Shown: positions 1 to 25,369 of the stretch, piece after piece | Layout: every line of letters starts with the position of its first letter | Position numbering within the stretch: the first letter of the stretch is position 1 | Assembly (NCBI GenBank): GCA_030141605.1 | Contig: JAQGDQ010000029.1 | Coordinates: 186,001-250,000, forward strand | DNA: 64,000 bases | Origin: Tubiluchus corallicola | Lineage: Eukaryota; Animalia; Priapulida | Direction: 5' to 3' | Made by a program: the position numbers and the translations under genes | The notes under the pieces: model-generated | What the model saw: only the letters and a program-made list of their open reading frames with translations | Database searches by the model: none | What the model was told of the DNA's origin: nothing

Positions 1-673
1 AGGTGTTTCAAAAGTTACTTTACACACTGAAGTCTACTTTCATTTAAAATTTTACTCCAATCTCATCAAGGCATGAATCTTAAGCACTAATATTACAACA
101 ATTATTCTTTTAGCATTTAGACGTTAACTGAGTCACTATTATTACAACGAACTGTGCAAAATTTTCACAGTGCAAGTTTCTGGTGGACTGGTCATTAAAG
201 CCCTATAGAGTGGAAGACTGTAATTTGTCTGACAGATTTGTCTTCTGCGATTCATGAAGCTACATCAACAGAAAAATGAAACAAGACGAAGACTGCTTTG
301 TGAACTTAAAATATTAAATAGATATTGTTGTGCAAACATTTAACTTAAAATACTGATATTGGAAATGTATGTGTTTTGTAAAAATAAAGAGCATGAGTGT
401 GCCAATAAAATAATTTTTAAATTTTCATCTAATTTAACTAAAATAATTATCAAAAGTCTTAGTACATAAGTCCTATTTACAAGCATTTGACTTGTTTGCT
501 TAAAAGAAATAGACAAATGTAAAGTGTATTGTAGCTGCTGAGGCAATACCATGCCCCAGATTTAATATGATGCTTCATTGTAAATGTAATAAATTACGAA
601 TATTGTAATAATTAAGGTTTCACACCATCACTATCATTATATTTTATTAAAATAGAAAAATGTTTCTCTCAAT

Positions 674-677
<4 letters not shown>

Positions 678-712
<35 letters not shown>
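678..712. repeat. (AT)n microsatellite
   Basis: Pure TA run. Confidence 0.95.
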
Positions 713-715
<3 letters not shown>

Positions 716-750
716 AATTTGCGTACCATAGGCACTCATAAGAAACATAC

Positions 751-13128
<12,378 letters not shown>

Positions 13129-13532
13129 GTTTTCTACAATTATAAATATGTGTAACTAAATCTGCACCACGGAATATTTGACAAGAATGGTTAACATCAA
13201 AATGAAAAAATGCTTGGATTTCACAGTTTTTGCAGTCCTAAAAGGGTAAAGATGTTTTCATAAATTACAAAACAATAAAATAGTACTGCCGAGTTACCCA
13301 CAAATATATAATATAGTCACGTTAATGAGGTGCACTTAAGATGACACCATTCAAAATACAAATTACACAAATTACTTCCTTGATTCCTCACTTGTTACAT
13401 AATTTAGTACAAAATAAACAGAAAAATGAGCTAGCAGCCAAGCTATTCTCAAATATATTCATTTTAATGAAGATCCTTATATCAGCTATTACTGACAGAA
13501 ACAAAATGAAAATGCAAATTGAAAACTTTTAA

Positions 13533-15250
13533 CAGGGCCGGCTCTAGATAGTTTGACACCATAGGCAAAAGTATTTTCAGCACCCCCTCATCAACGATCA
13601 ACTCCTTCCTCAGTTCCACCCACACACGCAAAATTAGATTTTTCTTGCATAATATTGTAAGGATTGTACATGTATTATAGTATACTAATTAAGTGTAGTT
13701 TGTTACTTATGTTTGTGGTAATTGAAATTAAATTTATGACCCCACTGTACATACTGGGTCTTCGGGATCAATCAAATTTCAGCTACTCTCAGCTAGATTT
13801 CCCCCCAACTTTTTCATCAGAAGAATTTTGAAACCAACTTTTTCACCCATACATCCATTTCATGAGCTTCATCATCTTCACAAACATAACTTTGGTCTAG
13901 ATGCATATTTCATTAGTGATTTGCTGTTCAACGTCTGCCAGCTTTTTTGCCATTTTGAAGACTTTGAACTTGTAGACTTGTCTGCCATAATCAGATAAAT
14001 GTTATTGTAAGAAACTTCTGTTACTAAAGGAAGGACCATTACGTAGCTCTGGTGTTCTATGCATACAAAAGAAACTGGGGGTTATAGCAGAGTAACGGGT
14101 CAGTAGTGTCTGAGCAAACAGGTGTAATCAGATAAATAAAAGTACAAAGTGTTTTGTTTTCTTGCTGGAAGACACTTGCTAGCGCAGATAAATTAGGGTA
14201 AGTAACGCATATAGTTCATTTTGATTTAATTAAAATACAGTGCACTTACGCAATTACATCTAGGCCAACATTGTGAATTATTATTACTTATGGCAGCTTA
14301 TCATTGCAGTTAATAAGTGTGTACTCATTCCCATAGGATGCAGTAATACTCATTTTTAGTACATACTAAACGGCACGCCTTTACCAGTGAATACTAATTG
14401 TAAAGACTTGGATGTTACAGTGTGTTCAGACCTATAATTTTCAATTTATTGTACTGAGCAGGCCACCAAAGCTTTTAAAATAGCAAATATGATTTTTTGT
14501 TGCTTTGTTACGAAAAACATTGATGCTCTTTTAACCTCGTATAAGTCATTCTTTAGACCTTTGTTGGAATAATGCACCCCTATATGGAATCCTCATAATG
14601 TTACTATGATTGATAAAATCGAGCGAGTACAAAGACATGTTACAAAATGGTTACACAAAACTTATGTTAACCATTTTCGTAGACTAGGCCATTTGAAACT
14701 ACAGGCTCTTGAAACCAGACATTTTATTTTTGATATAAAAATGGTGTACAAAATTTGTCATGCACTTACAAATCTAGGTTTTAACGATTTTTTCACCTAT
14801 GCACCTAGTCTCAGATTAAGGGGTCATAGTTAAAAGTTGCACAAAAATTATTGTCGTATTGATGTTTTTACATACTCTTGCAAACAGGGGATCGATACGT
14901 GGAACAGTTTACCATCGGAGATTGTTAATGCTAACAACTTATGTTCTTTTTCATTTAAACTACTTATGTTTTATTTTAATCCTTGTTGTAAGTTTAATAG
15001 AAATAACAAATTAATGTGGGCCACCATAAATGCAATCGTGCCTGGTGGCTTTCTCCCTTCCTAAAACATTAGCTAATCATATTTATTTGCAAGATTTTAT
15101 TGTAATGTACAATTGTATATTTGTACAACTATAGATTGAATAAATCTAATCTAATCTAATCTTATGCTAAGCTTAAATTTAAAAGAATTACTTTCAGAAA
15201 AAGGCACCCTAGGCAACTGGCTAATTTGCCTAGTGGTAGAGCCAGCCCTG
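13533..15250. mobile_element. Possible hAT-type non-autonomous element, or two MITE ends facing each other
   Basis: cagggccggctcta at 13533 and its near reverse complement tagagccagccctg ending at 15250; no matching TSD. Confidence 0.45.
14360..15161 (+). mobile_element. 5'-truncated CR1-type LINE 3' end (decayed ORF2 C-terminus)
   Basis: YILNG..KDL.V, RPLLE*CTPIWNP, IERVQR, LRGHS, WNSLP motifs with in-frame stops; AATAAA plus (TCTAA)n tail at ~15139-15161. Confidence 0.85.
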
Positions 15251-15754
15251 GGTGGTAGTAAGTGAACTGAAAGGTAAAGATGAATGAATTCAAAATAAAA
15301 ATTGTATCTTTGCCCAAGTTCACTGCATGAAATATTAACAGCATTAGTATAACTGAAATCCTCAAATAGGGCAAAATTAACACTGACATAAATTTAACTA
15401 CAATAACTTATGGTAATCTAACATTGATAAATTTTCTTTGATATGTAAGTTTATACTAATAATCACTAATTAATCACTCAAGGAAACTTTATTACCATTT
15501 GAAGTGATGTTAATGCCAGTCAATAACTCAACCGTTTTTGCAATGAAAAAAGTCTTCCTCACCGCTCACTCAGACCTTAAAAGGTTCTTCGCTTGCTAAT
15601 GGTGAAGTGTTTAAATAGGTAAATGGAGACAACCGGGTTAGCTGTGATAGGCTATTTAATATTGCACTTCTACTGTCCACTCTAAGAAATTACTTAACAG
15701 CTCTTATTATTAACTGTTATTATTACTATTATTATTATGCAAGCGGTAACTGTA

Positions 15755-15850
15755 AAAGTTCATTTTCTCACACAGTGTCGTGAACAAGTGGAACAGTTTT
15801 CCAGAAAAGGTAGTTAGTGTACTGAATTTAAACCTTTTTAAGGACTGATC
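15755..15850 (+). mobile_element. Short CR1-type LINE 3' fragment
   Basis: Translates FSHSVVNKWNSFPEKVVS. Confidence 0.55.
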
Positions 15851-16152
15851 GAGGGCTTCAGGATAGTCATGCTTTAAGTTTAAGGATTTCTAGCTGAAAC
15901 TTCGTCGAGGGATGGATAGGTTGTATGCAATCCTATAGACAGACATATGGTAATATATCTCCCTCTCCCTTCTTACGAAAACTTGACATGTCTAGATGAA
16001 CACACATTGATAATAATGCAGTTGATATAAATAAGCAAAAACAATAATTGTGGACACTATTGCAGTTTCACAACTTCTAATTTTTTCTAAGCTACGACTG
16101 TGAGTACTAATATAATACCTCCCAAACAAAGTTAAAGCAAAAAAAGTTTTAC

Positions 16153-16320
16153 CTTAAAAACTGCAAACTGGATCACACCGGCACAAACACGTGTACACGA
16201 GATGGCGAAAACCGCAGCGCTGCCTGTTTACAATTTGCGATATCAGTATTATGTAGACCAGACCTGGCCACTCGATCGGGACCTCTAAAAATCTGATTGG
16301 TTAAAAAGTACGCTACCGAT
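16153..16320 (-). promoter_or_regulatory. Probable non-coding first exon and promoter of ALDH1L
   Basis: AAG|gtaaaa donor at 16151-16152; CpG-enriched patch; YY1-like CGCCATC at ~16201-16207; CCAAT box (ctgattgg) at ~16293-16300. Confidence 0.55.
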
Positions 16321-17789
16321 CTACTTATTATACTCATTCGCATTACATGTGCAGTGGTGCACCTTTGCTTCCGTCTGTAATATTGTCGGCTCTCTCTCTC
16401 TCTCATCAAAGCGTAAGAAGTTGTTTTAATATCAATAAATGGCTACACCACAACGGCCACAATGCCAAGTTGCTCTGTATTGCTGAATTGTGGTCTGATA
16501 ACAGGTACGTAGAGGTAGGATGTATTCTTATCCGTAGGTGGCCAATAAAAACACATCAGCTGGTTCAGTGGCTCTTCTTACAGGCTCAGTTTTGACAATG
16601 AGCTCAGCACCGGACTCGCCACGCTAGAACGTTTGTGTTGGAATGTGCCAAATTGTATATAAATTTTCAAAGCTACACTACACTGCACTCACTACATCTG
16701 AGTATGCCAACCAACATAAATATTAAATGTACTTGTATATAGCTGAACGACTTCACTACACGCCTGCTCGAATCTAGTGTGAATATATTATCATCTTAGT
16801 TTTGCATTTAGCCAGTATTCACACGCCATGTGGCTTTTGTTACGTATTGAGATGCGAGTAGAAAAAAAAACAAAAACAACAATTTGGTTAATTAATTAAA
16901 ACTAAGCGATTGTTTATAACAATAACAATTCAAACACATCACATCTAAAATTCAGTCAGACACATGTGTAAATATAGCCTTGGCCTACAGCACAGTAGTA
17001 GTGCTGGGAGATTTTTTTCAGCGTGTGTATTACTGAATTTGGTATACCCCGGTTGTTGGGTCCTGATATACTGCACATACTTTAATGTAATATGTTTTGC
17101 CTTGGTTATCGACATTTTTCAAACTGCCCCTTTTCCAGTGTTATTTGGAAATGCGCAGTAATTTTGCCAAATTGTGTACAGTATTAATTTATGTTTAATT
17201 TAGTGTGTTGTTGGTATACGTCACGTCTTGAAATAGGGTGATTTAATAGTCCGTTACCTTAACATTGGTGGTGACCGTCGTAGTTCAATTTCACGCTTTG
17301 CAAAATAATTGCAAATTATAAGTCAACATGGATATTATCATATTTTGCCTGCGAGTCTCTTTCTTTTTTTAATAAACTCTTTGTTTATTATTTGTCTTCT
17401 TTATGTCTTGAAATTGGCGTCACTGCATTATTTTAATAATTATATAGTTTGTGACTGTATTTTCTGCTGTGACTTTATCTGCATATAAACGCACTTAATC
17501 GTGTCGTGCTATGCATCTTGCTTATAACCTTTGTACATTTCAATGTGACCACTTTTGCATGAATGTTAACCGCTGTCCAGGGGTCTGGTGGTTATGGCTC
17601 ACTGAACATATTAGCTAAATGCCTGTACCATTAACGCTGTATAGGGCAGTTATCGGTTTATTTGCATTTGCACCACATTTTCTTTATGGATTTAGAACTA
17701 AGTCCCATCATACATACAACGCTTGTCCACAGTCTAACGCATTTACAATGTTTACTTCAAATATTTTTAGTAGTTAGTAGTTACTTTTA

Positions 17790-18273
17790 GTATTTCGTTA
17801 GTTATTTCTTTTTAGTAGTTACGTCTTTTATAATTATCCTGGCGATGGATATCCATTATAACCCCGGCCCTTTAAACAAGTATTTTTTTCTTTTTCCATG
17901 CTAATGTTCTGAGTTTATTAGCTAACAATGAATCCTTGAAACTCGACGAATGGAAGTTAATTTCAAATGAAAACCAATTTGATTTGTAGCATTTACTGAA
18001 ACATGGTTATGTCCTTCAGTTAATATCTCGGACATATTTAGTCCTGGTTACCAAGTCCCTTTCCGAAAAGATCGTAAGGGCTTGGAAGGGGGTAGCTTTT
18101 TACGCCTCGGTTGTTCTACCTTTCACTCCAAGAACGGATTTAGTTTTTAATACTAACTTTGAATTCATGTGGTTTAAACAGGGCCTATTTCGGGGGGGGG
18201 GGAGTGGGGATACCCCGGGCCTCACCCTGCCGGGGTCCTTCAAGGTAACATTTTTTTTGCTTATGCGAACATA

Positions 18274-18317
<44 letters not shown>

Positions 18318-19525
18318 CCGCACGTGCGCCGTTTGCCAGTAATGACAAGTATTAAGGACTAGTCTTGAGAATAAAGCAGTTTTTCTTTCAATTGTTCTTT
18401 CCTTTAACAACTGTATAACTCCATATTTTCTCTTCGAAAATGCTTCTCCGGCGTTCTAGCAGTTCAAAAATTCCCCCCCCCCCCCGAGGGGGCCTCACAC
18501 GCTCCACTTCCCCGGCCCTCGCTTAGGCTGAAATAGGCCTGGGTTTGAAATTAATCTTACAAACTTGATTTTGTATATGGTGTGTCTATTACCATTCTCC
18601 TACTCAAGATGCTCCTACCGAAGATGAGTTCATAAATCAGTTACAATTGTCTCACGATATGCTAATATTGTCTCGCTATGCAATCATTCATATAGGTGAT
18701 TTTAACGCCAAGTGTACAGTATGGTGGGGAAAATCGTTTTGGTTCCAAATTATATGCATTTACTGTTCAGAATCAACTTTCACAGTTAGTAACACATCCT
18801 ACCCGTATTTCGGATATGTCCAAAAATGAGATCAGTCAAACGCTGATGCTACGGGTTTAATAACAGTGAATGATGTCATGTCACCTATACAGCTGATCAG
18901 AACTCTATTTATGGTAAAATGCTTAGAAATCTTCCAACTGCAGCTTTCCACCAAAGAAAGATATTCTATTACAATAGAGCAGACTGGTGTGGTTTAAATC
19001 AAGCTATTCATGCGGCTGATTGGAATTTACTTTTTCCAAATAAAACTGTTGGTTCTCTTTGTGCTAATTTTATTACTAATTTGTCAAATTTGATTGATGA
19101 CTGTGTGCCACATAGAACGGTAACCATTCGGCCTTGGGACAAGTTGTGGATGAACAGCTACCTCAGAAAATTTAGAAAAGCTAAAGAATAATCTCATAAA
19201 TACTACAAACTGCATCAAACTGCTGAATCTTATGAGAAATCCAAGCGATGTAGGAATTCCTATAATAAATCTTTGAAAAAAGCCAAATCTGATTATATAA
19301 AGAAACTAAATACTAAATTACTTGATCCACAAACCTGCCCCAAGGCCTGCCCCAAGAACAGTGTCAAATCATTTTATAAAAGCAAACATGACTTCGTTAT
19401 ACAACCACTTAAAGTTAACAACTATATTATAGCTAATGCCAAGCTCAAATTTAGCATATTTAACAAATTTTTTGCTGATAACGGTAGTGTAATTATCGCT
19501 GATTACATTGTATCCAGTCCGTAAT
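17790..19525 (+). mobile_element. Decayed CR1/L2-type LINE ORF2 5' half: 2A-like motif, APE endonuclease and linker
   Basis: DIHYNPGP, HANVLSL, FTETWL, GY...RKDR..GG, EFMWFEI, IGDFNAK, YNRADW motifs with frameshifts; no RT domain follows. Confidence 0.85.
18179..18541. mobile_element. hAT-type MITE inserted in the LINE endonuclease
   Basis: TIRs cagggcctatttc / gaaataggcctg; 8-bp TSD ggtttaaa / ggtttgaa (one mismatch); internal (CT)n and G/C runs. Confidence 0.8.
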
Positions 19526-19857
19526 AATGAAAACTTTTTTAATCTCTATAGCTGCATCTCTTGTTTGGTAAGTATGTAGGCTTACATTAGATACTAGAGA
19601 AAAAAATTACCAACATTTTTATGCTGATGGTAATATTTATATATAAATGAAAAGCAATGATTGTCAGGAAGTTCCTTAATTTTGAAAGTTTTAGCAGTTT
19701 TATATGTTCACGACCACATGGGAGAAAATGAATCAGCTACAGTATTTTAGTTTGTTTTGGGCCTATCTGTAGTTCGGTGAAATTAGGCTTGTAGGAACCA
19801 CCCAATGCCAGTATACTATATGTTAAGTACAGTTAAACTAAACTGTAATATAATATC

Positions 19858-20117
19858 ATTAGCGTATTGGTAGGTGAGAATTTTCTTAACAATAAAATTT
19901 TGTGCGTGAAAAGTTTTTGTGCACAAATTTAGAGTCAGAAAGTCCATATTCCACAAGCAGTCCTATGTGTATCAGGTTGACATTAAATTTTGCACTATTC
20001 TTCTCAATCTCGTGCAAAGTACATAGACAGCCAAATACTTTGCACGAGACCGCGTCAAGAAATGTAATATTAGAAGTGCGGCTGACTTAGGGTGTCCTAT
20101 GTACTAATACGCTGATG
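19858..20117. mobile_element. Small MITE-like element
   Basis: attagcgtattggta ... tactaatacgctgat imperfect inverted termini. Confidence 0.35.
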
Positions 20118-20469
20118 TACGTTCAGCCTGCTTGATATTATAATTATATGTTTATGATGATAAAAGTTTTGTGTAAAATATTCGATCATTCATAATGGCT
20201 TGATCTACGCAAGATTATCACAGACAACAAGACACATACATCTTTAAGTTATAACACGTGTATTAATTGTTTTGATGCAAAACTTCTATACGTTCTAACA
20301 GTAAATTTACTTTACAAAATCTACTTTACAATTGAAGTTTCTAATTAATTAATCTGTAAAAAGCAGCGCTTGTCATAACTTTCTCGATCCGAAAAGTAAT
20401 TACAAAGTATGGAGATAATTTGTTGATACAAGCTTTGTTGAAACTAGAAATTTTTTACTTTTGCCGTTT

Positions 20470-22592
20470 CTAAGCTTTTTTGGCCTTTCTGCCGAAAAAT
20501 CCTTTCTTCTCTAGACCAACTACAACGGCAGTAGCAATCATCGGTCCAAGCCAGTACACAGTAAAATGATCTATGTGATTGAACCCTTTGCAACGAAACT
20601 GTGTAGCAACAGCAGCCAGAGGATTTATGTACATTCCAGTTTGGTGACGCCCTGAAAATAATAATAATTTTGTGGTATTCATTTTTGGTATTTAGCCCAA
20701 AATTTGATAAACCTGCGCAAGTAAGAGCAAACACACATGCATCTTTAATATGAAGCAATGGAATATGTGGATTGTGAATCATTGTGGAATGCTGATCACG
20801 CAGGTGTATCTGAGGCAGTGGCTTTTCGGCGAGTTTCCTGTAAGGCACACGAGACAAAAACAGTGTGCAACTGCATGTATGTATGTTAGGAATTTTTGCT
20901 CGTGTGTGTACTCCATAAATGCTGTTGTTCTGACTTTGCAACAGACAGACATGTATAAAATGTGCTTGATTTCCTGTCTCACACAAACTCAATCTCCTCT
21001 CGGATGCGCGCTCAATACAACAATTTGCATCATACAAAACCTCGTGAGATTTATGGAAAACATCATTTTATTCACGTGTCATCTAGTGGTAGTAGTGGTG
21101 TTAGTAGTAATAGTAATTTTACATAGACAAATTTTTTACAGGTTTGTTAATACAAACCGTTGGGTAAAACAAAATTAGTTAGCAGACTTGACAATACACG
21201 ATATTCAGACATTACTTCATTATTAAAGGAAGGCCGGACCCAACCTTAAACTATATCTTAAAACAATCGACCCAAAAAACAGTGAAGGGAAACATACAAT
21301 TTTTTTTCAAAAATTACATGAAAGAATGATTACTTTCGCGTTCGCGCAGCTAATTCTTCGCTAATACATGTATTTTGCCATTCACTAATTAGACGGCCTC
21401 TAGTACCTGCATCTCGGAGCGTGTCACATAAAAACAGGTGCTATTCCTCGCTGTTCATATGTTTTTAGTTGTGACGTAGTGCACACGTTCGAGAACTCAT
21501 TCAATTTTCGCTTTCACAAACACGTCCAACACGCTCATGGAATGTTTGTACTGTTGAAAATTATGCTCAGTTGCGATGTCATGACTAGTTGGGCATGGCC
21601 GCAGTTTATTAAGTTGTTAACATATTATTTAATTATCAGAAACTTCTTGGCATTATTATACTGTAGATATTAAAATGAAACCTTTTTACCGTTCATCAAA
21701 ATGGGATAGGTGTGGAAAATCATCATGTTTTTAATTAAACAAATATTGTTGTAATCTGACTTCCGCACATTTTTTCTGCGTGACCCGATATTATTCTATT
21801 TTTTCGTATAACTAGTCTTTATGTGTTCGTAATCACTTTTCCGGTACGAAAAGGAAAACTGAAATTGCACGAGTATATCACATCACCACCAATCAACAGA
21901 CTTTCATGAAGAAAATATGAGAAATTTATTAAGCTACCTGATAATTTAGCTACTACAGTTGCTGCAGATACAATAGGTAGCACGGCAACAGCTGGCAGGT
22001 TGGCAGTTGTGGCAGATTTAATTACTTCTTTACCAAACGCTCCTAAAAACTCGCATAAAAATCCTGACGTCATTGGTACCTTCAGCTTAATAACGCACGT
22101 CAATGTCTTCGCATGTTCTAGATGAACTGGACAGAAAGAAGCGGAGTGCAGTAATTTAGCTAATGGAAGCGCTGATAACCCAACGACAACGTAAGCAGTA
22201 AGTGAGCGAATTGCGTCTGAAAGAGTAATTTTCCTAGTCAGTTTCTTTTTTAAAACACCACACGGGTTACCAACACCTTGCTCAATCATACAGATAATTC
22301 CTCCTAGAAAGATGGTTAGTGCATAAATGTAGGTGGCATACGGATTGTATGTGGTCGACGCTGCCGCTGCTTTATAGACAATTCCATTTTCAATGTTATG
22401 CAGCACTGCTTGCAGACCGGCAAAAAAATCAAGAGCTAGTCGTGATGGCCAGCCACTTTTCCACACTCTTTGTGCAAAAAGCCGTCCTAGTCGACAAAGT
22501 ATGAAGACAATCATGTAGTAAATAACAGCGTTGACAAGCGGATCATGAAGCAGTGTTTGCCAGGCTTTTGTTCCTGAAGTCTTGGCAGCCAT
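20470..22592 (-). CDS. AQP11: Unorthodox aquaporin (AQP11/12-type) copy A; join 21938-22592, 20470-20651; 278 aa
   Basis: Multiple hydrophobic helices; loop B GNPCG; loop E TGMYINPL followed by x8-C; H..VYWLGP motif; phase-1 intron G|gtagct ... ttttcag|GG. Confidence 0.9.
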
Positions 22593-22740
22593 TTCTATGC
22601 TCTTAACATTCACGAATTTGAAGCAGACTTTTTGTTCAATTGGGCATCACGTTTCACTGAAAATATTGTTGACTATTAAAGTTATACGAAGTTGCATAAA
22701 CTGTCTACAGACCCACAACCTTTGAAAACTCAATTGCAAC

Positions 22741-23470
22741 CATCGGCGGATTATCCATTAGGCACGAGCTTATACGGGTCCCAATGCTTTGTGGGTATCA
22801 GCCTATAGACTAAATTAGGCCTTAACTGTAGTAAAAAAAAGAAATAACCAAAAGAACTCAATATTTCATCAATTAACTTCAGCAATACATAAGAGCCTAA
22901 CTAATTCTAAATTTGTAAAACCGTTATAGGCATACAAACGTCAGCCTAATTATAAAAATTATTATTCGGCAATGCTTCATTATACTCTGCTGGAGAACCA
23001 TTTCGTTAAAATGTTCATGGAAAGCTTCCTGTTACACTGTAGGCCTACGTCACAGCAAACAACTGCAGCATTGCAGCTATATTTGCAGCATTTTCCATAA
23101 CACAGATATCATTTTAAATCGTTCGACTAGTTCTTAAATTTTAATGTAAGGAAGAAACTCCCTTAACTAATAACTAAGTAAATTACAGAAATTAAAATTT
23201 AGAATAGCTTGACTTATTCGCTAATGTTGGTCTCCGTCAGGCATTCCGAGGACCTCTTAGATGCAGGAAATGCAATTTATAGTTTACTTACTAGCATTAA
23301 ATAACTAAGATGGCCTAGTGTAATAGCACTGTACTGCTATGCACCAAGATCCAAGTGTTTTGTTTTGTTAGCCTCAAAAAGAGCTAAAATGCAGGAAATG
23401 CGTCAGCCCAAACCCCCCATGCCGCACCTGCTGGTGCCTACAGGCCATTGTAACTCTTAATCCGCCACTG
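22741..23470. mobile_element. hAT-like MITE, probably in the 5'UTR intron of aquaporin A
   Basis: catcggcggatta ... taatccgccactg terminal inverted repeats; TSD degenerate. Confidence 0.55.
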
Positions 23471-24084
23471 ATTCAATATGTTTGCTATTAAACTATCGAT
23501 TACTACTGCATTAGGCCTACAAAATTATGCCCCGCCCAAATGTAATTAAATATACATGCGTAGTACGCATGCCTCGGTCCGTTTGTATCCTGGATCGATG
23601 ATATGATTATTGCCTCGATATCTGTTTCAGTGTCTGTACGCGCATATAAAACTTTAAGCAATATTATTTGAATCAGAATTTTATTTGGCAATGCGTGAGG
23701 TTAGGAAGAACTAAAAAATCTTGACATCAATTTAAAACTCTTAAAGTGAATTTCTATTTGACCAGTGTCCAATTACTTTTCTATAAGCAACAGCAACAAT
23801 GTTGTTAAAACCGTTTTAAAAAAATCGCTGCCTGCTTGCATTTGAAGTTAGTATAAATGCCCAATCGGCTTATTTGGCCTTATAACAATAACAGTGATAA
23901 TGTCTCCAATATACACATTAAATAATATTAAATATTTTCGTACCTCATTGGTATTTTTTCTTGGAAGACCTGACAGTTCACTCTCATGTCTCGGTCCCAG
24001 TTAATTTATGGGTTTAATTTTGAAATGTTCGCTCAATTAACTTGAATGCCCCATAAACAAAAATGGGGGTAGACTAGGCCAGCA

Positions 24085-24175
24085 GTAGCCCAATCCTGGC
24101 CAAAACCAGCGGTTTGGATGCTTGGTTTCCTGATACGAGATTTAACCGACTGACGTCATAAAATACGTCATAAAA
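24085..24175. promoter_or_regulatory. Candidate promoter elements of aquaporin A
   Basis: Full CRE TGACGTCA at 24152-24159, adjacent ACGTCA half site, CCAAT at ~24091; candidate donor GAG|gtacga at 23942-23943 and acceptor ttttcag at ~22657. Confidence 0.35.
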
Positions 24176-25369
24176 AGGTTGACTGGAAAAAAGCAGATGT
24201 ATAGTGCCACTTAGTGCCATAGTAACATAGAAGCAATTGTTGCAAGCGCTTATCAGAAATGTTACGCTTTCCACGTTTTACTAGTACATTACAAATATGT
24301 TGACTAAATCAAAATTAAAGGATTTAGTTTTCAACAGAAAAGAAAAATTAGTCAATTTAGTCGCGAAGTTGATGTAATAAGTTACCTAATGATATGTACA
24401 CAAATGATTTTACTACCATAGTTCGCTGCTAAATTATGCATTCACTCATGGTGAATGACAAGATAAAGGAGGAAGATCAAGCAAACTTGCAGTAATCACC
24501 AAACAGGACTAGTCACTCACTGCACAAACTAAACATTGCACAATGTTTTTCATAATTGGCAAATCTTTATTGTTTTGTTTATACACATAAACACGTTTTT
24601 AATGTCACAGATATTATATATTAAAAGTAACGTACATGTATATGACTAGCAATGGAACACTATTAAATTATGAAGGAAATTTAAAGAATAAATCATGTTT
24701 GGAATTTGCAGTTTATGAAATCTTAGTGCAAACATTCCGCTGTAAGTGTTCGTTAATGTTTCAATCGACAAACTTTCAGTCAACTTCATAACTGTAAGTT
24801 AATGTAAAGATGTGAATCGAAACGTACTACAATCTTCATTAAAAAACTCGAACATGACGCCGCGATTTATTGACTCTTTTGAAGACGTTGAGATTTTCGC
24901 AGGATGTATTTCACACGTGTGACAATCTGTTTATAGCATTTTTTTTAAAAAAAGATTGTAAAGTCAACACATAATCAATGTGCACACGAAAGACAATAAT
25001 TTTTGAGCACAAGTAAGTACCAACCAGCAAAAAATCTAAATGAACCTATACGTTTAAACATCCATATTATACAGTGTGTTTATATTATTCCGTTTGCAAT
25101 TTTAAACAAGACCTATTTACAGCTTAGAGTTATACATGATAGAATCAATCTGCAAGAAATATTTATACATAAACTTGGTGTATATAGTTTTTATCGCCAT
25201 TACAAAAATCGGCTGTCGTTGTTGGTGGTGGTATTGCGTGCTTTTATTCAAAATTACTGTTTTCTGGCTTCACTTAAAGAGAAAGTAAACCATGTTACTA
25301 CTGTGAGTGCTGTCCAAGAAAGGTTTAGCACCCATTATAATAAAGAAGCATCACTTAGAAAGTTCACAA

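Noticed and set aside
1-750. Next ALDH1L exon or ORF 340..552
   Set aside because: No ALDH-like translation seen on the minus strand; the region is intronic
16173-16595. Track ORFs 16173..16409 and 16347..16595
   Set aside because: They overlap the CpG-rich promoter and a CT tract, with no domain or splice support
20444-21178. 197-aa and 142-aa ORFs overlapping the intron and exon 2 of aquaporin A
   Set aside because: Alternative-frame or antisense to the real exon; no recognisable motifs
21223-21612. Kolobok-like MITE (ttaaagg start) in the intron of aquaporin A
   Set aside because: The right-hand inverted terminus is too degenerate to support a call
22593-22613. Track start for aquaporin A at 22613
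   Set aside because: It is a GTG; the first ATG, in good context, is at 22592
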